Below, in pieces: positions 29,399 through 39,785 of a stretch of DNA of 64,000 nucleotides (position 1 is the first letter of the stretch; each line of letters begins with the position of its first letter). The position numbers and the translations under genes are program-made. The notes under the pieces were generated by a model. That model ran no database searches. It was not told the origin of the DNA and was given only the letters and a program-made list of their open reading frames with translations. Source of the DNA: Candidatus Multivorans sp. Its GTDB lineage: Bacteria; Acidobacteriota; Thermoanaerobaculia; Multivoradales; Multivoraceae. Where the stretch lies: NCBI GenBank assembly GCA_965224025.1, contig OZ245033.1, positions 1,408,001 through 1,472,000 of the forward strand, written 5' to 3'.

Positions 29399-31173
29399 GG
29401 CTTATCTTGTTCCCCTGGTCTTGCCCATCGACCCGTGTCGCGCGCGAGGTCAGTGTAAGCCGCCGGAGGCGGCGCTGGCCAGTGCTCGACTCTTCCGTCG
29501 GGCCATTGGACCTCGATTCGCGTGACCTCGACGCCGTTCGGGCTCACCGTGACGCGGGGGTCGTTCGAAGACGCGTAGCTGCCGCTGCTGCCCGCCAGCC
29601 GCACGAGGGGCGGCGCTCCGGCCCGGCGGATTCGCACGGTCGCCCCGGACGCCGGGCGGTGAGCGTGCGCGGTGCCCACGCGGGGCGCCAGACCGATCCA
29701 GTCGCCGAGCGCCGTTGCCTGATTGAGCAACAGCCGGGCCGGGCCGTTGTTGTTCGTGATGACCATGTCCGTGTCGCCATCGTTGTCGATGTCGCCGGTC
29801 GCGAGACCCCTGCTCACGAGCGGTGTGGGACCGTCCAGGATGCCGGCCGGCGCCGGTTCGAACCGGCGGTTGCCGCTACCGCCCGCCACGTTGAGGAACA
29901 CCTGGTTCGGTTGATCCAGGGGGAACGGATCGTCTTCGGTGCGCGGCCTCCCGGCGGCGAACGTCACGGCGCCGTTGACCACGGCAAGGTCGAGCCAGCC
30001 GTCAAGGTCGAGATCGACGAAGGCGGTGCCGAAGGATGTCGCGTCCCAGCTCGGCCGCGCCAGGGCGGCCGCGTTCGTCCGATCGCGGAAGGAGGGTGCT
30101 CCGGGTTCCGAGTCGTTCCGGTAGAGGGTGTTGGTTTCCCGGTTGAAGTGGGTCAGGAAGAGATCGATGTCGCCGTCGCCGTCGTAGTCGCCGCCGGCGA
30201 CACCCATGCTGGCCTCGGCCTCGCCGTCGGCGTTGAGCGCCGCACCGCCGATCAGACCCTCCTCCACCAGTACACCGTTTCCGCCGTTGATCCAGAGGTG
30301 GTTCGGCATCAGATCGTTGGCGACGTAGAAGTCGAGCCGGCGGTCGCCGTCGAGATCGGCCGCAAGCACGCCGAGGCCGTTGCCGGGACGGGTCGAAGCG
30401 AGACCCGCCTCGGCGGTCGCGTCCGTGAATGTCCCGTCGCCGTCGTTGCGCAGCAGGCGGTCGAGGACGGGTTGATAGGCGCTGGGCAGGCAGTAGTCGA
30501 CTTCACCGCGCTCGGTGAGACAGGTCTTGTGGGTTGCCAGGGAGAAGTTCAGGTAGTTGACAACGAACAGGTCGAGGTCGAGGTCGCCGTCGTAGTCGGC
30601 GGCGGCCGCCGCGATACTCCAGCGCGAGTCGCCCGTGCCGGTGGCCTCGGTGCGGTCGGTGAACGTCCCGTCGCCCTGGTTGCGCCAGAGCTGGTTGTCG
30701 CCGAGGTTGAGCACGTAGAGATCGGTCCAGCCGTCATTGTCCAGATCGCCGGCAATGGCTCCCATGCCGTAGCCGGTCGCGACGATGCCGCTCTCCTCGG
30801 TGACGTCGACGAAGCGGATGCTCTTGCCGTCCTCTCGAAGTTCGAGGTCGTTGCGGTAGAGACGATCGCTGGGCGGCCAGTCTCCGGTCCACGGTACGTT
30901 TGCGATGGTGCGCTCCCCGTTCGCGCCGAGCAGGTTGCCCTGAACCAGGTAGAGGTCCAGGTCGCCGTCGTTGTCGTAGTCGAAGAGCGCGGCCCCTGCT
31001 CCCACTACCTCGGCGTAGTAGAGCCGGCCGCTCATGCCGTTCCAATGCCGGAAGTCGAGACCGGCGTTCTTCGTTGCGTCGACGAAGAGAACCTCCGTCT
31101 CGCCAGCTCGGGCGAGTCCGGGCGAGAGCGCCGACGCAGCCCACACGGCGACGCAGCCAGGAGCGACTCTCAT
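29395..31173 (-). CDS. CRTAC1-family FG-GAP repeat / ASPIC-UnbV protein
   Basis: Repeated DYDNDGDLDL and LYRNxG motifs; C-terminal GSYAS...VQWPDG. Confidence 0.92.
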   Translation of the reverse strand: MRVAPGCVAVWAASALSPGLARAGETEVLFVDATKNAGLDFRHWNGMSGRLYYAEVVGAGAALFDYDNDGDLDLYLVQGNLLGANGERTIANVPWTGDWPPSDRLYRNDLELREDGKSIRFVDVTEESGIVATGYGMGAIAGDLDNDGWTDLYVLNLGDNQLWRNQGDGTFTDRTEATGTGDSRWSIAAAAADYDGDLDLDLFVVNYLNFSLATHKTCLTERGEVDYCLPSAYQPVLDRLLRNDGDGTFTDATAEAGLASTRPGNGLGVLAADLDGDRRLDFYVANDLMPNHLWINGGNGVLVEEGLIGGAALNADGEAEASMGVAGGDYDGDGDIDLFLTHFNRETNTLYRNDSEPGAPSFRDRTNAAALARPSWDATSFGTAFVDLDLDGWLDLAVVNGAVTFAAGRPRTEDDPFPLDQPNQVFLNVAGGSGNRRFEPAPAGILDGPTPLVSRGLATGDIDNDGDTDMVITNNNGPARLLLNQATALGDWIGLAPRVGTAHAHRPASGATVRIRRAGAPPLVRLAGSSGSYASSNDPRVTVSPNGVEVTRIEVQWPDGRVEHWPAPPPAAYTDLARDTGRWARPGEQDKP

Positions 31174-33425
31174 CCGTCGTCGCCCAGGCGGAACGCGGGC
31201 GCGTCGATGCGCTCGAGAGCTTCCGCACGCTCGCTGATCCGGTAGACGGCCCGTGGTTCTACGTCTTTGAAGACCTGGTGTGTGTCGCTGCCGGCCCAGC
31301 GCACCCGGATCTCGGAGATTCGGATCGCGTCGCCGAGCCCCACTTCGAGTTGCATGCTGTTGCCGCCGAAGGAGCCGCCCGATCCGACCAGACGATGGAT
31401 CGTGCGTTTGCCGTTCGGACCCTGGATGGATAGGGTGACCCGTGAGCCGACCCCGAAGCGGTTGGCGCCCGAGCCGGCCGGGCCGGCGCCGGCAAAGCGC
31501 AGCGTGACCCAGGCGTTGCCGCTGCCCGGGTTCTCGAACAGGGCGTTGCCGAAGGTGTCGGTTGGGTAGAAGCCGCCGAGCTGGTGGAGAAGGTCCATGT
31601 CTCCGTCGCGGTCGAGGTCGCCGAACGCCACGCCATGTCCCTTCTGGAGGTGGCCGAAACCGCCGGCGAAGGTGACCTCCTCGAAGCGCCGGCCATCGAA
31701 GCGGTACATGACATTCGGCATCAGACTGGCGAGGTCCGGTTCCCCGGTGCCGAGGTAGAAGTCGAGCCAGCCGTCGTTGTCCAGATCGCCGTAGTTGGCG
31801 CCCATCGGCATGGCCGGCCGGCGGATCCCCAGCTCGCGGGATACTTCGGTCATCCGCAGCTTGCCGCCGCAGCCGGGCTCAGCTCCGCAGTCGTTGCGGT
31901 AGAGCAGGGGCTGGCCCACCCCGGGGTCCGAGCCCATGAAGGACGCCACGACTTCGGTGGCTTGGCCGCGATAGTCGCCGACGTAGAGATCGAGGTCGCC
32001 GTCGTTGTCATAGTCGAAGAACCAAGTGGCGAAGCTCTCCCGCTCCGGTTCGGTGACGCCCGTCTGGACGGCGGCATCCAGGAAAACGCCGCCGTCGTTC
32101 AGGTAGAGCCGGTTGGCGCCGAAGTTGGAGACGTAGAGATCGAGGTCGCCGTCGTTGTCCGCGTCGCCCCAGGCGGCGCCCTTGGCGTAGCGCAGGTTGC
32201 TGACCCCCGCCATTGTCGCCACGTCCTCGAACGTGCCGTCGCTGAGGTTGCGGAACAGTTGCGACGGGTACTCGTGGGCCTCACTCGCCTCGTTGCCGAC
32301 GTAAAGGTCGAGGTCGCCGTCGTTGTCGTAGTCGCCCCAGGCGGCGGCCTGGGTCGGATAAGCGGGTTCAGCCAGGCCGGCGGCCTCTGTGACGTCGATG
32401 AAACGGCCGGCGTCACCATTCAGTTCGTTGCGCAACAGCGAGTTGCGGATGCGGCCCTCCTCCAGCAGCCAGGCGCCGCGTAGCACCATCAGGTCGAGGC
32501 TTCCGTCGTCGTTGTAGTCGGCGTGGAGCAGGTTCAGACCGCCAAGCTGACCGCTAAGACCCCAAGCTTCGGCGACGTCCTCGAAGCCGCCTCGACCGTC
32601 GCCTCGGAATGCTCTGAGCGGACCGCACGGATCCCACGTTGAGGTGATGAGGTCGAGAGTGCCATCGCTGTCGAAATCGTCGACTATGGCGCCGCCAGCG
32701 AGATCGAGAGCGTCAACCCCGAGTTCCGGGCCGAGATTGCGCCAGCGCCCCCCCGGAACCGGGGCGGAGGCGAACACGTCCTCGCCGATCCGGAAGTGGA
32801 CGGGCACGCCCTCGGGGAAGTCGCCGGTCAATCGGCGCGCGACGTTGAGTAGCCACCTTGCCCGTTGCCGCCAGGGACCGGTCGGGCGTCCTTCCTGCAG
32901 CATTGCCAGGAAGAGGTCGCCTGCTGCGCGAGCATGTTCGGGACGGGCGTGGACTGCGGAGGAGGTGAGCGGGAGGATGCAGCTATCGGCCGAACGCCTG
33001 ACTCGATGGATTTTCCCCTGCTCGGTGGCTCCGTCGTCGGGAGCGGCTCCGGTGTCGAGGTGATGGACGCAGTTCAGATCCTCGGCCCGCTGGAGATGGG
33101 CCAGCGCCTGGTCCCACTCGGCAACAGTCGGCCGGTCGGCGGCAGATGAAGCAGCCAGCGCCGTGGTTGCCGCCGCGAGGTGTTTGATCGCCGCCGCAGT
33201 GTCGCCGAGCCGGAGCAACTCGCTTCCGAGTTGGGCCCTTATCGTGGGGCTTGCCGGGGTCGAGGACAGCTCGGCTCGAAGCTCGTCCGCGAACCTTGTG
33301 CCGAAGTAAGGGTTTGAGCTGTCTTGCAGCCGCTGACAGGATTCTTTGAAGTCTTCGGCGAGCGCGGCGGCGGCAGCGAGAAAAGCTGCGAGCAGGACCA
33401 GACTGGCGAGCCTGCGGGCCGGCAT
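31170..33425 (-). CDS. CRTAC1-family FG-GAP repeat / ASPIC-UnbV protein
   Basis: Signal peptide; WGDYDNDGDLDL repeats; GGSFGG...EVGLG...VRW. Confidence 0.92.
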   Translation of the reverse strand: MPARRLASLVLLAAFLAAAAALAEDFKESCQRLQDSSNPYFGTRFADELRAELSSTPASPTIRAQLGSELLRLGDTAAAIKHLAAATTALAASSAADRPTVAEWDQALAHLQRAEDLNCVHHLDTGAAPDDGATEQGKIHRVRRSADSCILPLTSSAVHARPEHARAAGDLFLAMLQEGRPTGPWRQRARWLLNVARRLTGDFPEGVPVHFRIGEDVFASAPVPGGRWRNLGPELGVDALDLAGGAIVDDFDSDGTLDLITSTWDPCGPLRAFRGDGRGGFEDVAEAWGLSGQLGGLNLLHADYNDDGSLDLMVLRGAWLLEEGRIRNSLLRNELNGDAGRFIDVTEAAGLAEPAYPTQAAAWGDYDNDGDLDLYVGNEASEAHEYPSQLFRNLSDGTFEDVATMAGVSNLRYAKGAAWGDADNDGDLDLYVSNFGANRLYLNDGGVFLDAAVQTGVTEPERESFATWFFDYDNDGDLDLYVGDYRGQATEVVASFMGSDPGVGQPLLYRNDCGAEPGCGGKLRMTEVSRELGIRRPAMPMGANYGDLDNDGWLDFYLGTGEPDLASLMPNVMYRFDGRRFEEVTFAGGFGHLQKGHGVAFGDLDRDGDMDLLHQLGGFYPTDTFGNALFENPGSGNAWVTLRFAGAGPAGSGANRFGVGSRVTLSIQGPNGKRTIHRLVGSGGSFGGNSMQLEVGLGDAIRISEIRVRWAGSDTHQVFKDVEPRAVYRISERAEALERIDAPAFRLGDDG

Positions 33426-33466
33426 GGACGAAGACTACTACGATCCGGGCGCGCGCCCGTTCGCGG

Positions 33467-35314
33467 CTAATCCGCCGGAGGCTTCGCGGTTTCAGGCTCC
33501 GAGTCGCCGTCGTCGGCAGGGGTCGAGGACGCCGCCTCGCCCGGGTCGCCGACGGTGAGTGCTTCTCCATCCGTCGCCGGTGGCGCGGGCGGAACCGGCG
33601 CGGCGGGGGCCGTGCCGTAGTCGGAAGTGCCGAACCGGGTCATGAAGACCGCGCCGAGGCCGATGGTCCAGGCGACGTAGCAGATCAGGACTCCTGGTAT
33701 GCGGAACATGGCGCGGAAGAACCAGGGCAGACCCAGAAAGCCGAGCAGGTCGGCCACGAGTGCGAGCGCCTGGATCGCGAGGACGCCGAGCGCCAGAGCG
33801 CCGAAGCTGCCGGCCGCTACCCGGCCGGCGCCCTGGAAGCGCCGGCGGCACCAGTCGCCGGCCGCCGCCGCCGATCCCGCGTAGCCGAACACGAAGGCGG
33901 CCGCCAGACCGATGAACGCCGCCGGCCAGACGAGGACGGCGAAGGGAATGCCGATGATCGTCACCGCGAGCAGCAGGCTGACGATGACCAGGACGGGGAT
34001 GAAGAAGACCTCCACGCCCAGGCCGACCGCGAACATGATCCCGAGGTCGGACGCCGCCGCCGACCGCACCCGGCCGACCCCCTTCGGCGCCACCAGGAGG
34101 ACCAGGCCGCTAAGCGCAATCAGCAGAAAAGTGAAGATGATCGACTGGACGAACTCGAAGACCTTGCCCAGTCGGAAGAAGGGGGGCCGGTCGCCGACAC
34201 CTGGAAACCAGTCGCCGTCCCAACCGTCGAACCAGTCGCCGCCGAAGTTCCAGTCGAAGTCATCCCAGGCCACCTCGGATACCTCGCCGAGCACGGACGA
34301 TCCGTCTTCCCGCCGTACCCTGCCGCCGACCGTGACGATGTCGCCAAACACCTCCGCTTCGGGGCCGAGCTCCACGTCGCCGCCGATAGCGACCACTTCG
34401 CCGGTCACGCGGCCATTGATCTTCGCTTCGCCGCCGACCGAAACCGCGTCGCCGCGAACCTGACCGTCGACCTTGACGTCGCCGCCGATCGAGACGATGT
34501 CGTTGACCACTTCGTCCCGGCCGACGCGCACGGTGCTGCCGAAGGCGACCCTGTTGTCGAGGTCGACGACGAGTTCTCCCTCGATCCCGTTCAAGTCGCG
34601 CTCGAGATCCTCCAGCCGCTCGATGGCCCCCTCGATCGCATCCTGGGCCTGTTCGCCAGCTTCCTCGAGTGCTTCGTCAAGGGTCTCTCGCGCTTCCTCC
34701 AGAGCCGCGCTCGCTTCCTCCTGGGCCTCCTGGGCCTCTTGTGCTTCCTGAGGCTGGCCGAACGCCAAGCCGGTGCAGCACAGTCCGCCGACCAGCAACA
34801 GGGCGCCGGCTCGTGCTCCACGGATCCGCCGCCGGCCGCCCGGTCCCGAAGAAAGCCGGTGGAGAAGATAGACCGCGGTCAGGCTGAGCAGCGTCGAGAC
34901 GGCCACCACCGCGGTGACCTGTGGCGTGCGCAGAATCAAGTCGAGAGCCTCTCCGACCTGGACCGCGCCGCTCAGGAACGCGAGGCTCTCGGCGAGGACG
35001 CCGGCGGTCCAGGTCAGGATCCAGACCGCGCTGAAGAGCGCTGCTTCCAGGGCTCTCAGCATGGTCAGCCAGGTGGACGGGACGAGCAGCATCCCGCCTC
35101 CGAGCAGGAGCATCGCCGTTGCCGCCGTTGCGCCGGCTGACACGCGTGCCCACCGGGACATCGGGAACGGCAAGAGCTGCGGAGCTGGCGCCGGCGCTTC
35201 GATCGGCCGCTTCGCGGCCGCCACCTGCCGCATGACGCGACCGACGAACCCGTCCGATGGGGCGGGATCCTCTAGCGATTGGAAGAGAGTCCGGAGGTCG
35301 ATTCGGTTCCGCAT
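33467..35314 (-). CDS. Membrane protein: anti-sigma-like N-terminus, beta-helix (bactofilin-like) repeats and multi-TM C-terminus
   Basis: P.PSDGFVGRVM; VSIGGDV/VAIGGDV/VTVGG repeats; TIIGIP; lies downstream of an ECF sigma gene. Confidence 0.7.
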   Translation of the reverse strand: MRNRIDLRTLFQSLEDPAPSDGFVGRVMRQVAAAKRPIEAPAPAPQLLPFPMSRWARVSAGATAATAMLLLGGGMLLVPSTWLTMLRALEAALFSAVWILTWTAGVLAESLAFLSGAVQVGEALDLILRTPQVTAVVAVSTLLSLTAVYLLHRLSSGPGGRRRIRGARAGALLLVGGLCCTGLAFGQPQEAQEAQEAQEEASAALEEARETLDEALEEAGEQAQDAIEGAIERLEDLERDLNGIEGELVVDLDNRVAFGSTVRVGRDEVVNDIVSIGGDVKVDGQVRGDAVSVGGEAKINGRVTGEVVAIGGDVELGPEAEVFGDIVTVGGRVRREDGSSVLGEVSEVAWDDFDWNFGGDWFDGWDGDWFPGVGDRPPFFRLGKVFEFVQSIIFTFLLIALSGLVLLVAPKGVGRVRSAAASDLGIMFAVGLGVEVFFIPVLVIVSLLLAVTIIGIPFAVLVWPAAFIGLAAAFVFGYAGSAAAAGDWCRRRFQGAGRVAAGSFGALALGVLAIQALALVADLLGFLGLPWFFRAMFRIPGVLICYVAWTIGLGAVFMTRFGTSDYGTAPAAPVPPAPPATDGEALTVGDPGEAASSTPADDGDSEPETAKPPAD

Positions 35315-35408
35315 GTTCAGCCCTCGCGGCGCGTGCGATTGTATGACGGCGGTCTTGTTGCGGCGTTCACCATGCCCTTCGCCCTACGATGCGAAGATCG
35401 CTGCGGTT

Positions 35409-35990
35409 TCAAACCACGCCCTCCGCGCGCAGGCGCTGTTCGATCTCGCGGCGGGCCCGCCGCAGATTCGTCTTCACTGTTCCGAGCGGCATGCCGGTGA
35501 TCTCTGCGATGTCACGGTAGGGCAGCTCCTCCTTGAACCGCAGCAGCACGACCAGGCGGTACTCAGGCCGGAGGGCGGCCACCGTGGCTTCCAGCGCGGC
35601 TGCCAGCTCGTGCCTCTTGACCAGAGTATCGGCGGCCTCGGCCCGCTCATCGGGGGTGCGGTCGAGGATCGAGGACGCGTCGGTGTCGCTGCTCTCGATC
35701 GGCGTCGTGGGCAGCTTCTTTCGCCGCAGATGGTCGATCGCCGCGTTGCTCGCGATCTTGAAGAGCCAGCTCGCGAAGCGCCGCCGCGGGTCGTAGCGGG
35801 CCAGGGCCAGCCAGGCCTTGACGAAGACCTCCTGGGTGACGTCCTCGGCTATGCCGTGGTCCCGGACCATGCGCACGACCAAGCTGAAGACCGGGCGCTG
35901 ATAGCGCTCGACCAGGGTCTGGAAGGCCCGCTCCGACCCTTCGACAGCCGCCGCTATGAGCGCGACTTCATCTTTCTGTCGATGCGTCAA
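35409..35990 (-). CDS. ECF sigma-70 factor (SigW-like)
   Basis: AF..LVERYQ, AEDVTQEVF, FASWLFKIASN and GTVKTNLRRAR motifs. Confidence 0.93.
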   Translation of the reverse strand: MTHRQKDEVALIAAAVEGSERAFQTLVERYQRPVFSLVVRMVRDHGIAEDVTQEVFVKAWLALARYDPRRRFASWLFKIASNAAIDHLRRKKLPTTPIESSDTDASSILDRTPDERAEAADTLVKRHELAAALEATVAALRPEYRLVVLLRFKEELPYRDIAEITGMPLGTVKTNLRRARREIEQRLRAEGVV

Positions 35991-35992
35991 GA

Positions 35993-36128
35993 TGTCATCC
36001 GTGCACTCGAGGACTCGCGCCCGGAGTGGTTCGCGGGTGGCGCCGAGCGCGCCACCCGGGTGTCATCCGTGCGCTCGAGGACTCGCGCCCGGAGTGGTTC
36101 GCGGGTGGCGCCGAGCGCGCCACCCGGG
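35993..36128 (-). repeat. Tandem 2 x 68-bp diverged REP-like element (copy D)
   Basis: 35993-36060 and 36061-36128 differ at one base; the reverse complement aligns to hairpins 1-2 of copies A and E. Confidence 0.92.
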
Positions 36129-36170
36129 TTGCAGTGTGGCACGCACGGTAACTGCCCGTATCATTGCCGC

Positions 36171-37199
36171 GTGAAGAGCGGGGAGGATCACACGGGTACC
36201 GGGGACTACGGAGAACTCGCGGCTGCGGTTCGGTCGGTGCGGATTGCAGGCCGGGTGACGCGGCGTCTACAGCAGTCGCTTCAGGGGTCCTTCCTGACCA
36301 AGGAGGACCGTTCGCCGGTGACGGTCGCTGACTACGCGGCGCAGGCTCTGGTCAGCCTCACGCTGCCTCGCGGGGAGGCCATCGTGGGCGAGGAGACCGC
36401 GACCGCTCTGGGAGGCGCCGGGGGGAGAGAAACCCTGGACAAGGTCGTGGCCGCGGTCCGGTCCGAGGTTCCCGATGTCACCGCCCGCGAGGTGCGAGCC
36501 GCGATCGACCGCTGCTCGGATCCCGGCGGTGCGAGCGGGAGGTTCTGGGTCCTCGATCCGATCGACGGCACGAAGGGATTCCTGCGCGGCGACCAGTATG
36601 CGATCGCCCTGGGTCTGATGGACGACGGCGAAGTCGTTGGCGGTGTGCTCGGTTGCCCGAACCTGCCTTCGCCCGCGGGGCGGGGTTGCCTGTTCGTCGC
36701 CGCCCGGGGTCGGGGCGCCTGCGAGCTGCCGTTCAACGAGGACAAGGGAACGCCGCAGCGTATCGGGGTTTCTGCGGTTGCCGCGTCGGGCGACGCCGCC
36801 TTCTGCGAGTCGGCCGAAGCGATGCACTCGGACCGCGATCGGCATGCCCGGATTGCTGTGCGGCTCGGGGTGACGGCCCCTGCCGTGCGCATGGACAGCC
36901 AATGCAAGTATGGGGCGATCGCACGCGGCGATGCCTCGATCTACCTCCGTTTGCCGTCGTCCAGGACCTATCGGGAGAAGATCTGGGACCACGCGGCTGG
37001 CTTCATCGTGGTGTCCGAAGCCGGCGGCGCCGTGACCGACGCCTACGGCCGGAGCCTCGACTTCAGCCTGGGGCGGACCCTGGATGAGAATCGAGGCGTC
37101 GTGGCGACCAACGGCCTCCTTCACGCTGTGGTTCTGGATGCGGCGGCCGCGGTGCTGCCACAGGACCCGGCAGTGTTGTCGCCGAACCCGGAAGGCTGA
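36171..37199 (+). CDS. 3'(2'),5'-bisphosphate nucleotidase (HAL2/SAL1-like)
   Basis: [26 protein letters not shown] and EKIWDHAAG motifs. Confidence 0.92.
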   Translation: MKSGEDHTGTGDYGELAAAVRSVRIAGRVTRRLQQSLQGSFLTKEDRSPVTVADYAAQALVSLTLPRGEAIVGEETATALGGAGGRETLDKVVAAVRSEVPDVTAREVRAAIDRCSDPGGASGRFWVLDPIDGTKGFLRGDQYAIALGLMDDGEVVGGVLGCPNLPSPAGRGCLFVAARGRGACELPFNEDKGTPQRIGVSAVAASGDAAFCESAEAMHSDRDRHARIAVRLGVTAPAVRMDSQCKYGAIARGDASIYLRLPSSRTYREKIWDHAAGFIVVSEAGGAVTDAYGRSLDFSLGRTLDENRGVVATNGLLHAVVLDAAAAVLPQDPAVLSPNPEG

Positions 37200-37215
37200 G
37201 ACGGGATCGTTCTTC

Positions 37216-38331
37216 GTGGCTTCCAACGAGACTCTGCTCGTTACCGGCGGCGCCGGTTTCATCGGCTGCAACTTCACGGCCAGGGCGCTGGCCGACGGTT
37301 CGTGCCGGGACAGCCGCGTCGTCGTGTTCGACAAGCTGACCTATGCCGGCAATCTTCTCAACCTGGAGGCGGTTGCGGCCGATCCGCGCTACCGGTTCGT
37401 GCAGGCTGACATCGCCGACCGCGACGCGGTCCGGCGAGTCTTCGCCGAGTACCGTCCGACGGCGGTCCTCAACTTCGCCGCCGAGAGCCATGTGGACCGC
37501 TCGATCGACAGTCCGGGCGACTTCGTCCGGACCAACATCGGCGGCACGTTCGAACTGCTCGAAGCTGCCCGGGGCGCCCTCAAGGAACGGTCGGAGGGGG
37601 AGAGAGCCGCCTTTCGGTTCATCCATGTCTCGACCGACGAGGTATTCGGCAGCCTCGGTGACGAGGGACGGTTCGACGAACACACACCGTACGACCCGAG
37701 TTCGCCCTACTCGGCGTCGAAGGCAGCCGCGGATCACCTCGTGCGTGCCTACGGCCGCACCTACGGCCTGCCGGCGATCGTGACCAACTGCTCGAACAAC
37801 TACGGTCCGTACCAGTATCCCGAGAAACTGATTCCGGTGATGATCCTGAACGCCGTCTCCGGGCTTCCCCTGCCGGTCTACGGCGAGGGCGCGAACGTCC
37901 GGGACTGGCTTCACGTGGACGATCACTGCGCCGGCTTGCTCACGGTGCTGAGGCGCGGCGAACCGGGCCAGAACTACAACCTGGGCGGCGACGAGGAACG
38001 AACGAACCTCGAAGTCGTGGAGGCGGTCTGTGGTGCGGTCGAGGCGGAGTTCCCGGCCGCGCGGAACGCCGCGCTTGCCGCCAGGGGGATGGGGAGCTAC
38101 CGGCAACTCGTGACCTTCGTTGAAGATCGGCCCGGTCATGACCACCGCTATGCGATCGATCCCGCGAAGGTGCGGCGCGAACTGGGATGGACGCCGCGCC
38201 ACGATTTCGAGAGTGGTCTGCGCGAAACGGTGCGCTGGTACCTTGGTCACCACGAATGGTGCGAGGCGGTCGCCCCTGGCGCTTCCAGGAACCGGAAGGG
38301 CGTAGGGCAGCGCCTGACGGCGGTGACATGA
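37216..38331 (+). CDS. rfbB: dTDP-glucose 4,6-dehydratase
   Basis: [23 protein letters not shown] and YSASK motifs. Confidence 0.97.
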   Translation: MASNETLLVTGGAGFIGCNFTARALADGSCRDSRVVVFDKLTYAGNLLNLEAVAADPRYRFVQADIADRDAVRRVFAEYRPTAVLNFAAESHVDRSIDSPGDFVRTNIGGTFELLEAARGALKERSEGERAAFRFIHVSTDEVFGSLGDEGRFDEHTPYDPSSPYSASKAAADHLVRAYGRTYGLPAIVTNCSNNYGPYQYPEKLIPVMILNAVSGLPLPVYGEGANVRDWLHVDDHCAGLLTVLRRGEPGQNYNLGGDEERTNLEVVEAVCGAVEAEFPAARNAALAARGMGSYRQLVTFVEDRPGHDHRYAIDPAKVRRELGWTPRHDFESGLRETVRWYLGHHEWCEAVAPGASRNRKGVGQRLTAVT

Positions 38332-39215
38332 GTCCGCTACGAGGAATCCTGCTGGCGGGCGGCGCCGGTACGCGGCTCCATCCGGTGACCCGCGCGGTCA
38401 GCAAGCAGTTGCTGCCGGTGTACGACCAGCCGATGATCCACTACCCACTGTCCAGCCTGATGGTCGCGGGCGTGCGGGAGATCCTGGTCATCACGACGCC
38501 GCACGACCAGTCCGCGTTTCAGCGCCTGCTGGGTGATGGCAGCGACCTCGGCCTCGAGCTTTCCTATGCCGTGCAGGAGGCGCCGGAGGGCATCGCGCAG
38601 GCGTTCCTGATCGGCGCCGAGCACCTGCGCGGGGCCAGAGCGGCGCTTGCGCTGGGCGACAACATCTTCCACGGCCATGGGTTGGCCCAGGTGCTCCAGC
38701 GGGCTGCGCAGCGGAACATGTCCTCGCCGGGTGCCGTGATCTTCGGCTACCGGGTGCGGGATCCCGAACGGTACGGCGTGGTCGAGTTCGATGACGAGCG
38801 GCGCGTGATCGGGCTGGAGGAGAAGCCGGCGGCGCCGAAGTCGCCCTACGCCGTGCCGGGTCTGTACTTCTACGACGAGCGGGTGATCGAACTGGCGCGG
38901 ATACTCGAGCCGTCGGCGCGCGGCGAGCTGGAGATCACCGATCTGAACCGGCTCTATCTGACCGAGGGCACGCTGCGGGTCGAACTCCTCGGGCGTGGCG
39001 TCGCCTGGCTCGACACGGGCACCCACGAGGCGCTCCTTCAGGCCAGCAACTTCATCCAGGCGATCGAGGAAAGACAGGGGTTGAAGGTCGCCTGCCTGGA
39101 GGAGGTGGCGTACAGCATGGGTTACATCGACGCGGACGAGTTGGGCCGTCTGGCGGAAGTGACGAACGACGCCTACGGCCGCTATCTGAGCCTCGTCCTG
39201 GAGGAGGAACGTTGA
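38328..39215 (+). CDS. rfbA: Glucose-1-phosphate thymidylyltransferase
   Basis: [22 protein letters not shown] and WLDTGT motifs. Confidence 0.97.
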   Translation: MSPLRGILLAGGAGTRLHPVTRAVSKQLLPVYDQPMIHYPLSSLMVAGVREILVITTPHDQSAFQRLLGDGSDLGLELSYAVQEAPEGIAQAFLIGAEHLRGARAALALGDNIFHGHGLAQVLQRAAQRNMSSPGAVIFGYRVRDPERYGVVEFDDERRVIGLEEKPAAPKSPYAVPGLYFYDERVIELARILEPSARGELEITDLNRLYLTEGTLRVELLGRGVAWLDTGTHEALLQASNFIQAIEERQGLKVACLEEVAYSMGYIDADELGRLAEVTNDAYGRYLSLVLEEER

Positions 39216-39778
39216 GCGCGCCGCCCAGGGTTCGTCCGACCGGGTTGCCCAATGTGCTGATCGTCGAACCTGCGGTTCACCGGGACGGCCGCGGGTTTTT
39301 TCTGGAGAGCCATAACTCGTCGACGTTCGCTGAGTCCGGCGTTGAAAGGCCGTGGGTTCAGGACAACCACTCGCGATCCGGCCGCACCACCCTGCGCGGG
39401 CTCCATCTTCAACGCCGCCGGCAGCAGACGAAGCTCGTTCGCGTCACCCGGGGCGAGGTCTTCGACGTCGCCGTGGATGTCCGGCGCGGTTCTCCGTCCT
39501 TCCTGGGCTGGACCGGTTGTGTGTTGTCGGAGGACAACTTCCGCCAGCTCTACATTCCGCGCGGTTTCGCTCACGGCTTCTGCGTGATCAGCGAGACCGC
39601 CGACGTGCAGTACAAGTGCGACGACTACTACGACCGGGACGACGAACTCTCGATTGCCTGGGACGATCCCCAGATCGGGATCGACTGGCCGGCTGACGAG
39701 CCGCGGCTTTCGGACCGCGACCGGGCGGCGCCTACCGTAGCGGGTTGTTTTGAGCAGTTGCCGACGTTCTCGTACTGA
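39212..39778 (+). CDS. rfbC: dTDP-4-dehydrorhamnose 3,5-epimerase
   Basis: QDNHSRS, LRGLH, GFAHGF and YKCD motifs. Confidence 0.97.
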   Translation: MSAPPRVRPTGLPNVLIVEPAVHRDGRGFFLESHNSSTFAESGVERPWVQDNHSRSGRTTLRGLHLQRRRQQTKLVRVTRGEVFDVAVDVRRGSPSFLGWTGCVLSEDNFRQLYIPRGFAHGFCVISETADVQYKCDDYYDRDDELSIAWDDPQIGIDWPADEPRLSDRDRAAPTVAGCFEQLPTFSY

Positions 39779-39785
39779 GTCGGAT

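Noticed and set aside
35993-36128. Possible CRISPR mini-array
   Set aside because: Two abutting 68-bp units with no spacer and no cas genes; it belongs to the dispersed repeat family
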